DNA of 64,000 nt, taken from positions 2,032 to 66,031 of the forward strand of contig JBAZXV010000006.1 of assembly GCA_041659685.1 (NCBI GenBank). Reading direction: 5' to 3'. The notes beneath the pieces are model-generated. The model did no database searches and was not told the DNA's origin. It was given only the letters and a program-made list of their open reading frames with translations. The stretch is from Parcubacteria group bacterium (GTDB lineage: Bacteria > Patescibacteriota > Minisyncoccia > Moranbacterales > UBA11712). Positions 27,551-36,935 of this stretch are shown in pieces (positions within the stretch are counted from its first letter, which is position 1; every line of letters begins with the position of its first letter). The translations under genes were made by a program, and so were the position numbers.

Positions 27551-28177
27551 ATGAAAAACATCATTATTTTTGACGCGGATGGCGTGGTGGTTAAAAGAGA
27601 AATTTATTTCAATTCCCGACTTGAACGTGATTATGGAATACCTGCTGAAGAAACGGCGCCTTTTTTTAAAAATGAATATAAACTTTGCGCGGTGGGGAAG
27701 GCGGATTTGGAAGAAGAACTTGAAAAGCATATCGACGCTTGGGGATGGAAGGGGACGATGGATGAGCTAATCAAATATTGGTTTGAGAGTGAACGGGAGC
27801 TTGATGAGGAAATAGTTCAAGAAATAAAATCTCTGCAAGAATTGGGATATATGTGTTGCCTCGCGACAAACAACGAAGCCTACAGGACGAAATATCTGGT
27901 TCAGGAGGTCGGTCTCGGGAAGGTTTTTGATAAAACATTCTCTTCTTCCCAACTTGGATATTTGAAATCGCAAAAAAGATTTTGGGAAGAGCTGTCCGAA
28001 AGACTGGAGGGTGTTAAGAGGAATGAAGTTCTGGTCTGGGACAATGATGAAGAAAACATTAAAGCCGCGAAGGAGTTTGGGTTTACAGCGCGGAGATACA
28101 GAGGATACGATGATTTTCGAACAGAAATGCAAAAATTATTTCCGCAAATTTCATTCATTCAGCCATTGAAAAAATGA
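27551..28177 (+). CDS. HAD-superfamily hydrolase
   Basis: IIFDADGVV, LATNN, K, WDNDEENI. Confidence 0.88.
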   Translation: MKNIIIFDADGVVVKREIYFNSRLERDYGIPAEETAPFFKNEYKLCAVGKADLEEELEKHIDAWGWKGTMDELIKYWFESERELDEEIVQEIKSLQELGYMCCLATNNEAYRTKYLVQEVGLGKVFDKTFSSSQLGYLKSQKRFWEELSERLEGVKRNEVLVWDNDEENIKAAKEFGFTARRYRGYDDFRTEMQKLFPQISFIQPLKK

Positions 28178-28680
28178 AAAAAAATATTATCCATGAACTT
28201 ATAATGTGCACGAATGTTTTTGTCCGGAAGGACGGAAAATATTTACTCTTAAAGCGCGCAGAGAATAAGAAGTGGGCGCCGGGCAAGGTGCATGCGATCG
28301 GCGGAAAGATAGACCCGAATGAAAATCCCTTGGAAGGGGCGAAGAGAGAGCTTTGGGAAGAATCCGGGATCCGGGCAAATAATTATAAACTCGAGGTGGT
28401 GTTTCTTGAGATTGCCCCTTATGCCGATGATCCCAATAATTGGCTGGTTTTTTATTTCACCGCCGATTACGAATCGGGAGAACCAAAAGGAAGCGAAGAA
28501 GGGGATCTGCTTTGGCTGTCGCCGGATGAAATATACGGGTCCGATCTTATCTCTTCGATGAAACCGGTAATTAAAAATATTCTGAACCCGAAGGACGGGA
28601 CGATTTTTGGAACATTAACCTATGATGGCAAAAACAACGTAATAATTGGGAAAAGCCGAATAAAAATATGCCCAGCCTGA
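28174..28680 (+). CDS. Nudix hydrolase
   Basis: GGKIDPNENPLEGAKRELWEESGI. Confidence 0.9.
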   Translation: MKKNIIHELIMCTNVFVRKDGKYLLLKRAENKKWAPGKVHAIGGKIDPNENPLEGAKRELWEESGIRANNYKLEVVFLEIAPYADDPNNWLVFYFTADYESGEPKGSEEGDLLWLSPDEIYGSDLISSMKPVIKNILNPKDGTIFGTLTYDGKNNVIIGKSRIKICPA

Positions 28681-28700
28681 AGATCGAAATGCTTAAATGG

Positions 28701-28723
28701 AGAACCTTTGTGGAGGTTCTTTT
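28701..28723 (+). terminator. Intrinsic terminator
   Basis: AGAACCT..AGGTTCT-TTT. Confidence 0.5.
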
Positions 28724-28764
28724 ATGCTGGTAGAATATTTAAGTAAAAGCTAATAAATAATATT

Positions 28765-29847
28765 ATGTCAAAAAAAATCAACCTCGCCGTTATTTTCGGC
28801 GGAAAGTCCGGGGAACATGAAGTTTCTCTTTCATCAGCCAGGGGAGTGATGGGAAATCTCGACAAAGAAAAATACAATATAATTCCAATCGCCATCACGA
28901 AGAAAGGGAATTGGCTGATCGGGGACAAAGGGGCGGAATACATGAAGTTAAATTCAGACAAAGCCGGAAAGGAAGGAGCGATCAGTGCAGAGGAGTCGCA
29001 AAAGCTCGTCACGATTTCCGAAGAAGAGAAAAGTTTCGTGAAATACGCAGAGGGAAATATAAACGGAAAGATAGATATGGTTTTTCCGATTCTGCACGGG
29101 CCGTTCGGCGAAGACGGGCGGCTTCAGGGCATGCTTGATATGCTCGGCGTGCCGTATGTTTTCTCGGGAGTGCTTGCGCACGCACTCGGAATGAACAAAC
29201 CGAAAGCGAAAATAATTGCCGCAAAATTTGGAGTGCCGGTGCCGGATGATGTGGTGGTCAAAAGGGGAGAAGAACTCAATCTCGAAGAAATAATCGAAAA
29301 GTTGGCTCTTCCTATGATGGTAAAGCCATCGGAACTCGGATCCTCAGTCGGAATTTCTCTCGTCAAAACCAAAGAGGAGTTAGAAAGGGGAATTCGGGAT
29401 GCATTTTCTCATGGAGATGAAGTAATTCTCGAGCAATATATCAAAGGAAGAGAGTTCACGGTGACGGTTATGGGAAGTGATGATCCAAAAGTCTTGGCCA
29501 TTACGGAAATTATTCCTGTCATTTCGGAATTCTATGACTACAAGGCCAAATACGAAGACGGGGGATCAAAACACGTTTGCCCGGCCGAAATTTCAAAAGA
29601 AGACGAGGAAAAATTGAATCAATGCGCCGTGGCTACCTTCAAAGCAATTGGATGCCAGGATCTCGCCCGCGTCGATTTTCTCTGGAGCGAAAAGAATAAC
29701 GAATATTATTTCACCGACATCAACACCATTCCCGGCATGACCCCGACGAGTCTTGCCCCGGAAGCCGCCAGGCGGGCCGGCATGGACTTTTCACAGTTTC
29801 TCGACAGGCTGATTGAGGGCGCGATGAAAAGATCTAGTATTGGATGA
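28765..29847 (+). CDS. ddl: D-alanine--D-alanine ligase
   Basis: GGKSGEHEVSL, LHGPFGEDG, GSSVGI, FYDYKAKY, INTIPGMT. Confidence 0.97.
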   Translation: MSKKINLAVIFGGKSGEHEVSLSSARGVMGNLDKEKYNIIPIAITKKGNWLIGDKGAEYMKLNSDKAGKEGAISAEESQKLVTISEEEKSFVKYAEGNINGKIDMVFPILHGPFGEDGRLQGMLDMLGVPYVFSGVLAHALGMNKPKAKIIAAKFGVPVPDDVVVKRGEELNLEEIIEKLALPMMVKPSELGSSVGISLVKTKEELERGIRDAFSHGDEVILEQYIKGREFTVTVMGSDDPKVLAITEIIPVISEFYDYKAKYEDGGSKHVCPAEISKEDEEKLNQCAVATFKAIGCQDLARVDFLWSEKNNEYYFTDINTIPGMTPTSLAPEAARRAGMDFSQFLDRLIEGAMKRSSIG

Positions 29848-29873
29848 ATGCAAATAATTAATGGAAAGTTTTT

Positions 29874-29905
29874 AAGAAGAAGATGCAACTGAGCATCTTC
29901 TTCTT
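29874..29905. terminator. Hairpin/terminator after ddl
   Basis: AAGAAGAAGATGC-aactga-GCATCTTCTTCTT. Confidence 0.65.
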
Positions 29906-29937
29906 GTAATAATGAATTAGCGTGTTAATATTGGAAT

Positions 29938-31569
29938 ATGATTAGCAAAATTCCTAAGCCAATCGTCGAAATTATCCAAAAACTCGAAATGGCCGGTTTT
30001 GAGGCTTTTGTCGTGGGCGGGTGCGTGCGAGACCTTCTTATGGATGTTGAGCCGAAGGATTGGGACGTGACGACGATTGCGAAGCCGGAAGAAATTGTGA
30101 AAATATTTCCAGATAGTTTTTATGAAAATAAGTTTGGGACTGTTGGGGTAAAGATTAGGAATTATGAATTAGGAATTATGAATTATGGAGATAAAGAGGG
30201 AATAAGCGTGGTTGAAGTGACGACCTATCGCGTTGAGTCGAAATATTCTGACAAGAGGCATCCGGATGAGGTGAAGTTCGCGAAGACGCTGGAAGAAGAT
30301 TTGAGCCGGAGAGACTTTACAATTAACGCTCTCGCGTTAAAAATATCCAATATCCAATATCTCCCCCTACGGGGGACCACCCGCAGGGTGGCAATATCCA
30401 ACAAAATCTCAAAATTTAAATCTCAAAATACTAAATACCGGACACTAGATGCTAAATACGAGATTATTGATTTGTATGACGGGCAAAAGGATCTCCAAAA
30501 GAAAATCATTCGCGCGGTGGGGGATCCGGATGAACGCTTTGACGAGGACGCGCTTCGAATGATGCGGGCGGTGCGGTTTGCGGTGACGCTCGGAGGAGAC
30601 ATTGCCGTTAAGAAAACCGATGGTCCAAGAAAATTGAATGAAAAACTTCCGTTTGAAATCGAAGAGAAAACCAAAAAGGCAATTGCAAAAAACGCTAAGA
30701 ATTTGAAATATATCGCTCTTGAAAGGATCCAGGATGAGCTTAATAAAATTCTGGTTTCGGATTTTGCCGCTGAAGGAATTGAATTATTAAGAGAATTGAA
30801 ACTGCTTCAATATGTCATTCCCGAACTCGAAAGAGGATACGGAGTGGGACAAAACCGCCATCACATTTACACTATTTATGAACATTTGATTCTTTCGCTC
30901 AAAAATTGTCCTTCGAAAAAAATTGAAGTGCGCCTGGCGGCTCTTCTTCATGATATCGCAAAACCGGAAACAAAGAGGGGCGAGGGCGCATATTCGACGT
31001 TCTATAACCACGATCATGTCGGAGCGCGGGTGGCCGAGAAAATTTTGCGACGGCTGAAATATTCAAACGACGCTATTCAGAAAGTCAGGCTGCTCGTTGA
31101 CCACCATATGTTTTATTACAACGTTGACGAAGTGGGTGCCTCAAGCGTGCGGCGGCTTGTTCAAAAAGTGGGGCTTGAAAATATCGATGATCTTATTGAT
31201 CTTCGCGTCGGCGATCGGCTGGGGTCGGGAGTTCCAAAGGCTGTGCCGTATAAACTCCGCCACTTCAAGTATATGGTGGATAAAGTTTCGAGCGACCCGC
31301 TTTCGGTTAAAATGCTCAAAGTGGACGGCAATGACCTCATGAAAGAGCTTAAGCTTGAACCCGGTCCGAAAATCGGCGCCGTTTTAGACGTTCTCCTTTC
31401 AGAGGTTATTGAAAATCCAAATGAAAATAAGAAGGAAATATTGCTGAAGAGAGCAAAAAAATTATCGGAAGAAAATTTGCCAAAACTTCGCGAAATGGCG
31501 AAGGAAAAAATTGAAGAAAAAAAAGAGGAGGAAGATAAGGAAATTAAGAAAAAATATTGGGTGAAGTGA
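29938..31569 (+). CDS. cca: Class II CCA-adding tRNA nucleotidyltransferase with HD domain, carrying repeat-derived in-frame insertions
   Basis: VGGCVRD..DWDV, EDLSRRDFTINAL, EDALRMMRAVRF, LLHDIAK. Confidence 0.9.
   Translation: MISKIPKPIVEIIQKLEMAGFEAFVVGGCVRDLLMDVEPKDWDVTTIAKPEEIVKIFPDSFYENKFGTVGVKIRNYELGIMNYGDKEGISVVEVTTYRVESKYSDKRHPDEVKFAKTLEEDLSRRDFTINALALKISNIQYLPLRGTTRRVAISNKISKFKSQNTKYRTLDAKYEIIDLYDGQKDLQKKIIRAVGDPDERFDEDALRMMRAVRFAVTLGGDIAVKKTDGPRKLNEKLPFEIEEKTKKAIAKNAKNLKYIALERIQDELNKILVSDFAAEGIELLRELKLLQYVIPELERGYGVGQNRHHIYTIYEHLILSLKNCPSKKIEVRLAALLHDIAKPETKRGEGAYSTFYNHDHVGARVAEKILRRLKYSNDAIQKVRLLVDHHMFYYNVDEVGASSVRRLVQKVGLENIDDLIDLRVGDRLGSGVPKAVPYKLRHFKYMVDKVSSDPLSVKMLKVDGNDLMKELKLEPGPKIGAVLDVLLSEVIENPNENKKEILLKRAKKLSEENLPKLREMAKEKIEEKKEEEDKEIKKKYWVK
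30154..30188 (+). repeat. Heptamer tandem repeat inside cca
   Basis: ATTAGGA ATTATGA ATTAGGA ATTATGA ATTATGG. Confidence 0.85.
30360..30401 (+). repeat. 42-nt twin-hairpin repeat (coding copy)
   Basis: 40/42 identical to 39702-39743. Confidence 0.9.
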
Positions 31570-31601
31570 TTTTTGTATTTGGTATATATTTTTATCAATT
31601 A

Positions 31602-31636
31602 AATACAAGATACTAGCTACTAAATACTAGATACCA
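31602..31636 (+). repeat. Degenerate heptamer tandem repeat
   Basis: AATACAA GATACTA GCTACTA AATACTA GATACCA; same family as 30427-30461. Confidence 0.7.
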
Positions 31637-31640
31637 AATC

Positions 31641-32255
31641 TTGGCTTATCAAATTTCCCACGTCGTCTACGCAAAGAAATACCTTGAAAAAAATCCAAGG
31701 AGCGACGCAGACGCTTTCATGCTCGGGACGCTTTTTCCGGATGTCCGCAAAGTAGCTCCGGAGATCAGAAGGCGCGATACGCATTTTATTCTTCAGGAAC
31801 TTAATCCTGACTTTTCCAAGCTGTCTCCTTTCCGGGCCGGTTGGAAATTTCATCTTTGGTGCGACATGAGGCGGGAAGAGATTCTTAATGGATATGAATT
31901 TTATTCCCTGGGGGAAATCACCGATTATGAAGATGGGCTGACGGCGAAACTTTTGGAGGATGAGCTGGTATATGAAAGATACAATAATTGGGAAAAATTA
32001 TGTTATCTTCTCAACAATCCTCCGGCAATAGAAAGCTCCCTTCCCGTTTCACAGGAAACAATCGAGAGATGGTATGCGGTAATTGCGAAGTATTTTGAAA
32101 AAAAACCGGATGACAGGACCATAAAAATATTTCTCATGAAACAGCCATCGTTTGCGGATGACGCCGAAGGGATTATTGACTCACTTCGAAAATTGAGGAA
32201 TAATCTTAAGGTGGCGGAAATACTGACTAAAATTTCTGAAGAAATCATAATATAG
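31641..32255 (+). CDS. Hypothetical protein, possibly a Zn-dependent phospholipase-C/HD-like fold
   Basis: SH..A, LGTLFPD, THF, HLWCD spacing; TTG start. Confidence 0.6.
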   Translation: MAYQISHVVYAKKYLEKNPRSDADAFMLGTLFPDVRKVAPEIRRRDTHFILQELNPDFSKLSPFRAGWKFHLWCDMRREEILNGYEFYSLGEITDYEDGLTAKLLEDELVYERYNNWEKLCYLLNNPPAIESSLPVSQETIERWYAVIAKYFEKKPDDRTIKIFLMKQPSFADDAEGIIDSLRKLRNNLKVAEILTKISEEIII

Positions 32256-32277
32256 CTCCTTGCGGGCAACAAATAAA

Positions 32278-32643
32278 ATGAAAATTTATTTCGGGCATTC
32301 AAAAAAATTTGATTACAAAAATGAACTCTATGATCCGATCCGAAAAAGCATTTTAAATGAAGAACATGAGATAGTTTTTCCCCATGAAATGAGCGAAGCG
32401 CCTTCGAACTCGAAAAATTTTTTGAAAACGCGCGACTTAATGATCGCGGAGCTGTCGTATCCGGCGACGGGACTCGGAATTGAATTGGGATGGGCGGATG
32501 CTTTCAACGTTCCCATTTTGGGTGTTTATAGAACCGGTTCAAAAGTTTCGAGTTCAGCAAAACTACTGACGGATAATTTCATTGAATATTCTGACCCAGC
32601 AGATTTAGTTGAAAAAATAAAAATATTTTTTAACGGGCTGTAG
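32278..32643 (+). CDS. Nucleoside 2-deoxyribosyltransferase-like protein (3' end overlaps tRNA-Pro)
   Basis: MKIYFGHS..DLMIAELSYPATGLGIELGWA. Confidence 0.75.
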   Translation: MKIYFGHSKKFDYKNELYDPIRKSILNEEHEIVFPHEMSEAPSNSKNFLKTRDLMIAELSYPATGLGIELGWADAFNVPILGVYRTGSKVSSSAKLLTDNFIEYSDPADLVEKIKIFFNGL

Positions 32644-32708
32644 TGTATCGGCAACACGCGCGATTCGGGTTCGTGAGACAGAGGGTTCGACTCCCTCCAG
32701 CCCGACCA
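32634..32708 (+). tRNA. tRNA-Pro(CGG)
   Basis: CGGGCTG/CAGCCCG; CGCGA-TT CGG GT-TCGTG; the only tRNA here with encoded CCA. Confidence 0.93.
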
Positions 32709-32722
32709 ATTAAAATATAAAA

Positions 32723-33133
32723 ATGAAAAAAGAACCAAAAGTAGGATTTGGAGTATACATCCTGAAAGAAAACAGGGTTTTGTTCGGCAAAAGAAAGAAT
32801 TCCCATGGCGAAGGAACCTGGTGCGCGACGGGCGGGCATCTTGAATTTGGAGAAAGTTTTGAAGAGGGCGCGAAAAGAGAAACAATGGAAGAGGCGGGGA
32901 TAGAAATAAAAAATATCAGAGTTGCCGGAATCACGAATGATTTTTTTGAAAAAGAGAATAAACATTACGTCACGGTGGCGCTGGTGGCGGATTACGCAAG
33001 CGGGGAAGTAAAAATGATGGAGCCTGACAAATGGGTGGAATGGGACTGGTTTTCGTGGGATAATCTGCCGAATTCGCTCTTTCTCACGACGGAACATCTG
33101 CTTGAACAAGGATTTAATCCTTTCGAAAAATGA
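32723..33133 (+). CDS. Nudix hydrolase (MutT/NUDT15-like)
   Basis: GKRKNSHGEGTW..GGHLEFGESFEEGAKRETMEEAGI..HYVT..EPDK. Confidence 0.9.
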   Translation: MKKEPKVGFGVYILKENRVLFGKRKNSHGEGTWCATGGHLEFGESFEEGAKRETMEEAGIEIKNIRVAGITNDFFEKENKHYVTVALVADYASGEVKMMEPDKWVEWDWFSWDNLPNSLFLTTEHLLEQGFNPFEK

Positions 33134-33380
33134 TGCGAATGCCGGAATAAAATGATCAGATTTTTATTCGGCCGCATTGAATATAAAAAGTAAGACTGCG
33201 CTGAAACAAACAATACATCGTCACTGGAAAGAATAATTTCGGAATTATATTTTCCGTAAGCGGCTGGAAAAAACGATTAACTGATATGTTCATAAACCCG
33301 GAAAGCATTATAAAAATTGTTTGAATCTGTTTGTGTTGATAAGCACAAAGTGTATAATAAAAAGAGATAAATACAAAAAT

Positions 33381-33698
33381 ATGATGAAGAAAAACAAAAA
33401 AAGCATTTCGGAGGAGGGCGGATCGGACTGGAAAGAAAAAATCGAAGGATATCTGGGAGAATTCGCCAAAAATCTGGCGGGGGGATTTCTTGAAAGAATC
33501 AAAAGCCAGCTTCACGATATTTACATTTCCATCCAAGAGCATGCCCTGGGGATGTTTTTTATTTTAACTGGGTTTGTTTTTGCGCTGATCGGGATTGCAG
33601 ATTTCATAAACGATGTGGTAAAAATCAGCAGCGGGGTCGGTTACGCGGTTGTCGGAATCGGCGCCTTGCTTATCGGACTAATTATTATAAAGAAATAA
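33381..33698 (+). CDS. Small two-TM protein (YqjE/holin-like)
   Basis: Amphipathic N-terminus plus two TM helices; paired with the next gene. Confidence 0.6.
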   Translation: MMKKNKKSISEEGGSDWKEKIEGYLGEFAKNLAGGFLERIKSQLHDIYISIQEHALGMFFILTGFVFALIGIADFINDVVKISSGVGYAVVGIGALLIGLIIIKK

Positions 33699-33791
33699 GC
33701 ACTGCAATAGTGCTTGAAATTGCATCGTTCGCCTCAATCTGTTCCGCCCTGGCGGTACGTTTGCAGGCCCGTTAGCAATTGCAAAAAAATT

Positions 33792-34013
33792 ATGAACAAA
33801 AAAGAGGCAAAGAAAAAAGCCGAAGAGCTTAAGAAGAAAATGAAGGTTATGGCGGCCAAGGAGCTGAAGAAAGCAAAAGCGGAATTGGTGAAAGCGGGGA
33901 AGAAAGTCGAAGAGTTTGTCAAAAAGAATCCGGAAAAGGCGGCGATTATTTCAGCTGGCATTGGTGCGGCCATCGGTGCAGCAATTGCGTCTCTTGCCCG
34001 GAAGAAAAAATAG
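33792..34013 (+). CDS. Small basic YqjD/ElaB-like C-tail-anchored protein
   Basis: EEFVKKNPEKAAIISAGIGAAIG..RKKK. Confidence 0.7.
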   Translation: MNKKEAKKKAEELKKKMKVMAAKELKKAKAELVKAGKKVEEFVKKNPEKAAIISAGIGAAIGAAIASLARKKK

Positions 34014-34044
34014 TTTTCGCAGTTTGAAGCGAATGTTTATTTTC

Positions 34045-34077
34045 CCCGCCCCGCGCTCGTATGCGGGGCGGGATTTT
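34045..34077 (+). terminator. Intrinsic terminator
   Basis: CCCGCCCCGCG-ctcgta-TGCGGGGCGGG-ATTTT. Confidence 0.75.
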
Positions 34078-34127
34078 ACATTCTGACAAAGATTCGCTAG
34101 TATTTTATTGTTGTAGCATTAATCTAC

Positions 34128-34655
34128 ATGAAAGTCATTAGAGGTAAAAAATTCATTCTTCGGCCGCTGAAGATGGGTGACGCGCAGTCAATTACAGAAA
34201 ACGCAAACGACAAAATGGTCTCGCGTGGGATGGGTCATATGCCATATCCGTATAAATTGAAAGACGCGGAGGGGTTTTTGGCTGAAGTTATGAAAGACTA
34301 CAAACGAAAAAAGCCGGATCATTTCCGCCTAGCAATTGAAATCGACGGAAAAGCGGTTGGTGTAATCGGTCTTCATGTCTGGCAAAAAAGAGAAAGTCAT
34401 CGGGCGGAAATCGGATATTGGATTGGAAAAAAATATTGGGGAAAGGGCATTGTCTCAGAAGCGGTTGGAAAAGTGGTCAAATGTGGCTTTGATAATTTGA
34501 AATTTTTCAGGATTTATGCCCACGTTGTGCCTTTCAACAAGGCTTCAATGAAGGTGCTCAAAAAAAATAAATTCAAATTTGAGGGAATACTCAAGAAAAA
34601 CGCGAAAAAAGACAATAAGTTTATTGATCATTGCCTTTTTGCAAAAGTAAAATAA
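34128..34655 (+). CDS. RimJ/RimL-type GNAT acetyltransferase
   Basis: AEIGYWIGKKYWGKGIVSEA, NKASMKVLKKNKFKFEG. Confidence 0.9.
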   Translation: MKVIRGKKFILRPLKMGDAQSITENANDKMVSRGMGHMPYPYKLKDAEGFLAEVMKDYKRKKPDHFRLAIEIDGKAVGVIGLHVWQKRESHRAEIGYWIGKKYWGKGIVSEAVGKVVKCGFDNLKFFRIYAHVVPFNKASMKVLKKNKFKFEGILKKNAKKDNKFIDHCLFAKVK

Positions 34656-34660
34656 TATTT

Positions 34661-34954
34661 ATGAAATTCGTCATCGAAAGTCCAACAATGAGCGTCGTCA
34701 ATTTTTTCCGCCGGGCCGGTTACGCTTTCCAAAAGCGGGAAGGTGACGAGATGGCCTTTGTGCGCCGGCTCACCGATCAGCCGTTTCCCCGGCTCCATCT
34801 TTTTGTGCGAATCGCGGATTACAATTTTCATGTCAGCTTCCATATTGACCACAAAGCGGCGAGCTACGAAGGAACGAGTATGCACAGCGGAGAATACGGC
34901 GAAGACAGCAAATTGCTTCAAGAAGAAGCGGAAAGATTGAAAAAAATTGCGTAA
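34661..34954 (+). CDS. Hypothetical protein
   Basis: ORF from ATG 34661; FPRLHLF..HIDHKAASY..HSGEY. Confidence 0.7.
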   Translation: MKFVIESPTMSVVNFFRRAGYAFQKREGDEMAFVRRLTDQPFPRLHLFVRIADYNFHVSFHIDHKAASYEGTSMHSGEYGEDSKLLQEEAERLKKIA

Positions 34955-34966
34955 AGTATTTTAGAC

Positions 34967-35040
34967 GGGCCTGTCGTATAGTCCCGCCATATTTATCCGC
35001 CTTTGGCGGAGGCGGGCAGGGTCCACACACGGCATTCGTA
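34967..35040 (+). pseudogene. Degenerate tRNA 5' half (Ala-like) with a nested hairpin insertion in the D-loop
   Basis: GGGCCTGTCGTATAGT (14/16 to 35053-35068) + CCCGCC..GGCGGGCAGGGTCC + ACACACGGCATTCG. Confidence 0.75.
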
Positions 35041-35052
35041 AAACATTAAATC

Positions 35053-35123
35053 GGGCCTATGGTATAGTGGCAGAACGCGACATTCGCATTGTCGAGACGG
35101 CGGTTCGATTCCGCCTAGGTCCA
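35053..35123 (+). tRNA. tRNA-Ala(CGC)
   Basis: GGGCCTA/TAGGTCC with G3-U70; CGACA-TT CGC AT-TGTCG; weak D-stem. Confidence 0.88.
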
Positions 35124-35139
35124 CAAAATAACAAATAGT

Positions 35140-35559
35140 ATGAAAGTAAAATTCTACAAAGTTATAAATTTTTCAGAAGAAACGGAAGTCAGAAGCTTAT
35201 CTGATTTTTATTTGCCAGAAAAAATAAAGCTTCCTTTTTATCCGCGCCTTTTCCGCGCCATTCAGCCATCAGAATTAGCGGTAAAAAATAAATTGGTTTT
35301 AGGAAACCATTATCATCCGAAAAAATCAAAACGCTGGGAATTTTTTGCCATTTCCGGAAAGCCTAAAGTTAATCTTTTTAAATTCAGGTATAAAATTGGA
35401 AAAAAAGTGAGGGAAAGACTATTAAAGAATGGCGATGCCATCCTTGTGCCCCAAGATATTTCGCATGCATTTCTGCCACTCAGGAAGGGAGTAATACTTT
35501 TTGAGCTATCGAATATTCCGTATAACAGAAGCCAGAGCGTAGCGGACAAAATTTTGTGA
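35140..35559 (+). CDS. Cupin (WxcM/FdtA-like) protein
   Basis: GNHYHPKK..WEFF..ILVPQDISHAF. Confidence 0.75.
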   Translation: MKVKFYKVINFSEETEVRSLSDFYLPEKIKLPFYPRLFRAIQPSELAVKNKLVLGNHYHPKKSKRWEFFAISGKPKVNLFKFRYKIGKKVRERLLKNGDAILVPQDISHAFLPLRKGVILFELSNIPYNRSQSVADKIL

Positions 35560-35577
35560 AATTACGGGTTAAAAAAT

Positions 35578-35664
35578 GGAGAGTTGGCTGAGTGGACGAA
35601 AGCGGCAGTTTCGAAAACTGCTGTCCTGGAAACGGGACCAGAGGTTCGAATCCTCTACTCTCCG
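35578..35664 (+). tRNA. tRNA-Ser(CGA)
   Basis: GGAGAGT/ACTCTCC; GCAGT-TT CGA AA-ACTGC; long variable arm; G discriminator. Confidence 0.95.
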
Positions 35665-35950
35665 AATTTATAATTTTGGCGTGGTGAGGTTTCATCCTAC
35701 GGGTGACTACTCGTCAAGGCGGCGACTCCCTCCCTCTCCGCATCTATCTAAGATCAGTCTTATCGCTCACTTTTGTAAGTGTCTGGTAGGGCTGTTTTAG
35801 TTTGAAACAAGCCATATTTTATTTTCCACGGAAGCGTTCAAAGGTATTTTTTTCAGGGCTTATTTTTAGGTTGTTGACTGGAAATATCCAATTGAGCTAA
35901 TATGAGCTTAGAAATCAACAATCGCAATAATAACCAATAATTGAAAACTT

Positions 35951-36724
35951 ATGCCTTTTCGTGAACCAACCCCCAATGTAGTAGAAAAAAAAGAAAATCT
36001 CCCTAGTGTAGTTGCAATTTATGCAAAAGACATAACGAAAACACATGAAAGTAAATTTACTGAACAAGGATTTGGCCTCAGCCAAAAATTGGCCTCCCCT
36101 GAAACGACAACTATTTATTTTTGGGAAGGAAAACTCCACCCAACTAAACAAGAAAGAGAACGAAAGGCAGAGGAAACCGAAGGATACAGCAGTAGCAGCA
36201 ACAGCAAAGAAAGCTTGGAATTATTGGCACAAAATTTAGCAGCTAATCTTTTTGGCCGAAAAAACCCTGTTCTCGTTAGAGAAAATAAACCTTCCTACGA
36301 ACTCAAATTCACTCCCCCGCAAAAAGACCTTGGAGCGCAAGAAGGGACAATAATCCGAGGATTAACCCCTGAAGAAGAAAAAGAATTTCTTCAACATTAT
36401 AGAGAAGCACATCGAAGCTTACGGGAACAAAATCCTGATCCATGGGCAATGACTTCCGAAAAGTTGTATGGAAAGGTTCCAGATAAAGACCCGACATATG
36501 ATCCGGAAGGATATTATAGTCTGCTCGAAATTAATCCGCGCGAATTAGGTGGATTAGATGATCAGCAAACCGAAGCACTTATCAGAACAAATTTTCGCAG
36601 GCTAATAAAGAAACATCATTCAGATAAAGGGGGAACAAAAATTGGCTCCAGGCCGATACAAGAGGCTTACGATTTCCTGATGGACAAAGAGAAACGAGAT
36701 TCTTATGGGCTGTCTAAAACATAG
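35951..36724 (+). CDS. Protein with a C-terminal DnaJ-like domain (HSD instead of HPD)
   Basis: GYYSLLEI..IRTNFRRLIKKHHSDKGG..IQEAYDFLMDKEKRDSY. Confidence 0.75.
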   Translation: MPFREPTPNVVEKKENLPSVVAIYAKDITKTHESKFTEQGFGLSQKLASPETTTIYFWEGKLHPTKQERERKAEETEGYSSSSNSKESLELLAQNLAANLFGRKNPVLVRENKPSYELKFTPPQKDLGAQEGTIIRGLTPEEEKEFLQHYREAHRSLREQNPDPWAMTSEKLYGKVPDKDPTYDPEGYYSLLEINPRELGGLDDQQTEALIRTNFRRLIKKHHSDKGGTKIGSRPIQEAYDFLMDKEKRDSYGLSKT

Positions 36725-36795
36725 TATGGGAAAGAATGATTTTCAAGATCTGACTTTCATCTCAAAGCGATTAAAAAGCAAAATAATATTCTTAG

Positions 36796-36825
36796 AAACC
36801 ATCAGCATTAAACTGGTGGTTTTTT
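36796..36825 (+). terminator. Intrinsic terminator
   Basis: AAACCATCAG-cattaaa-CTGGTGGTTT-TTT. Confidence 0.7.
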
Positions 36826-36935
36826 CTGGCTAAAATATTATCTATCCAGTATTATAGCAATGTGGGGAAGCCAGCGTTCTCACTTTATCCCAGGTTTCCT
36901 GCTAATATGTTTATTGCTTCCGGGAAAGCACTAAT

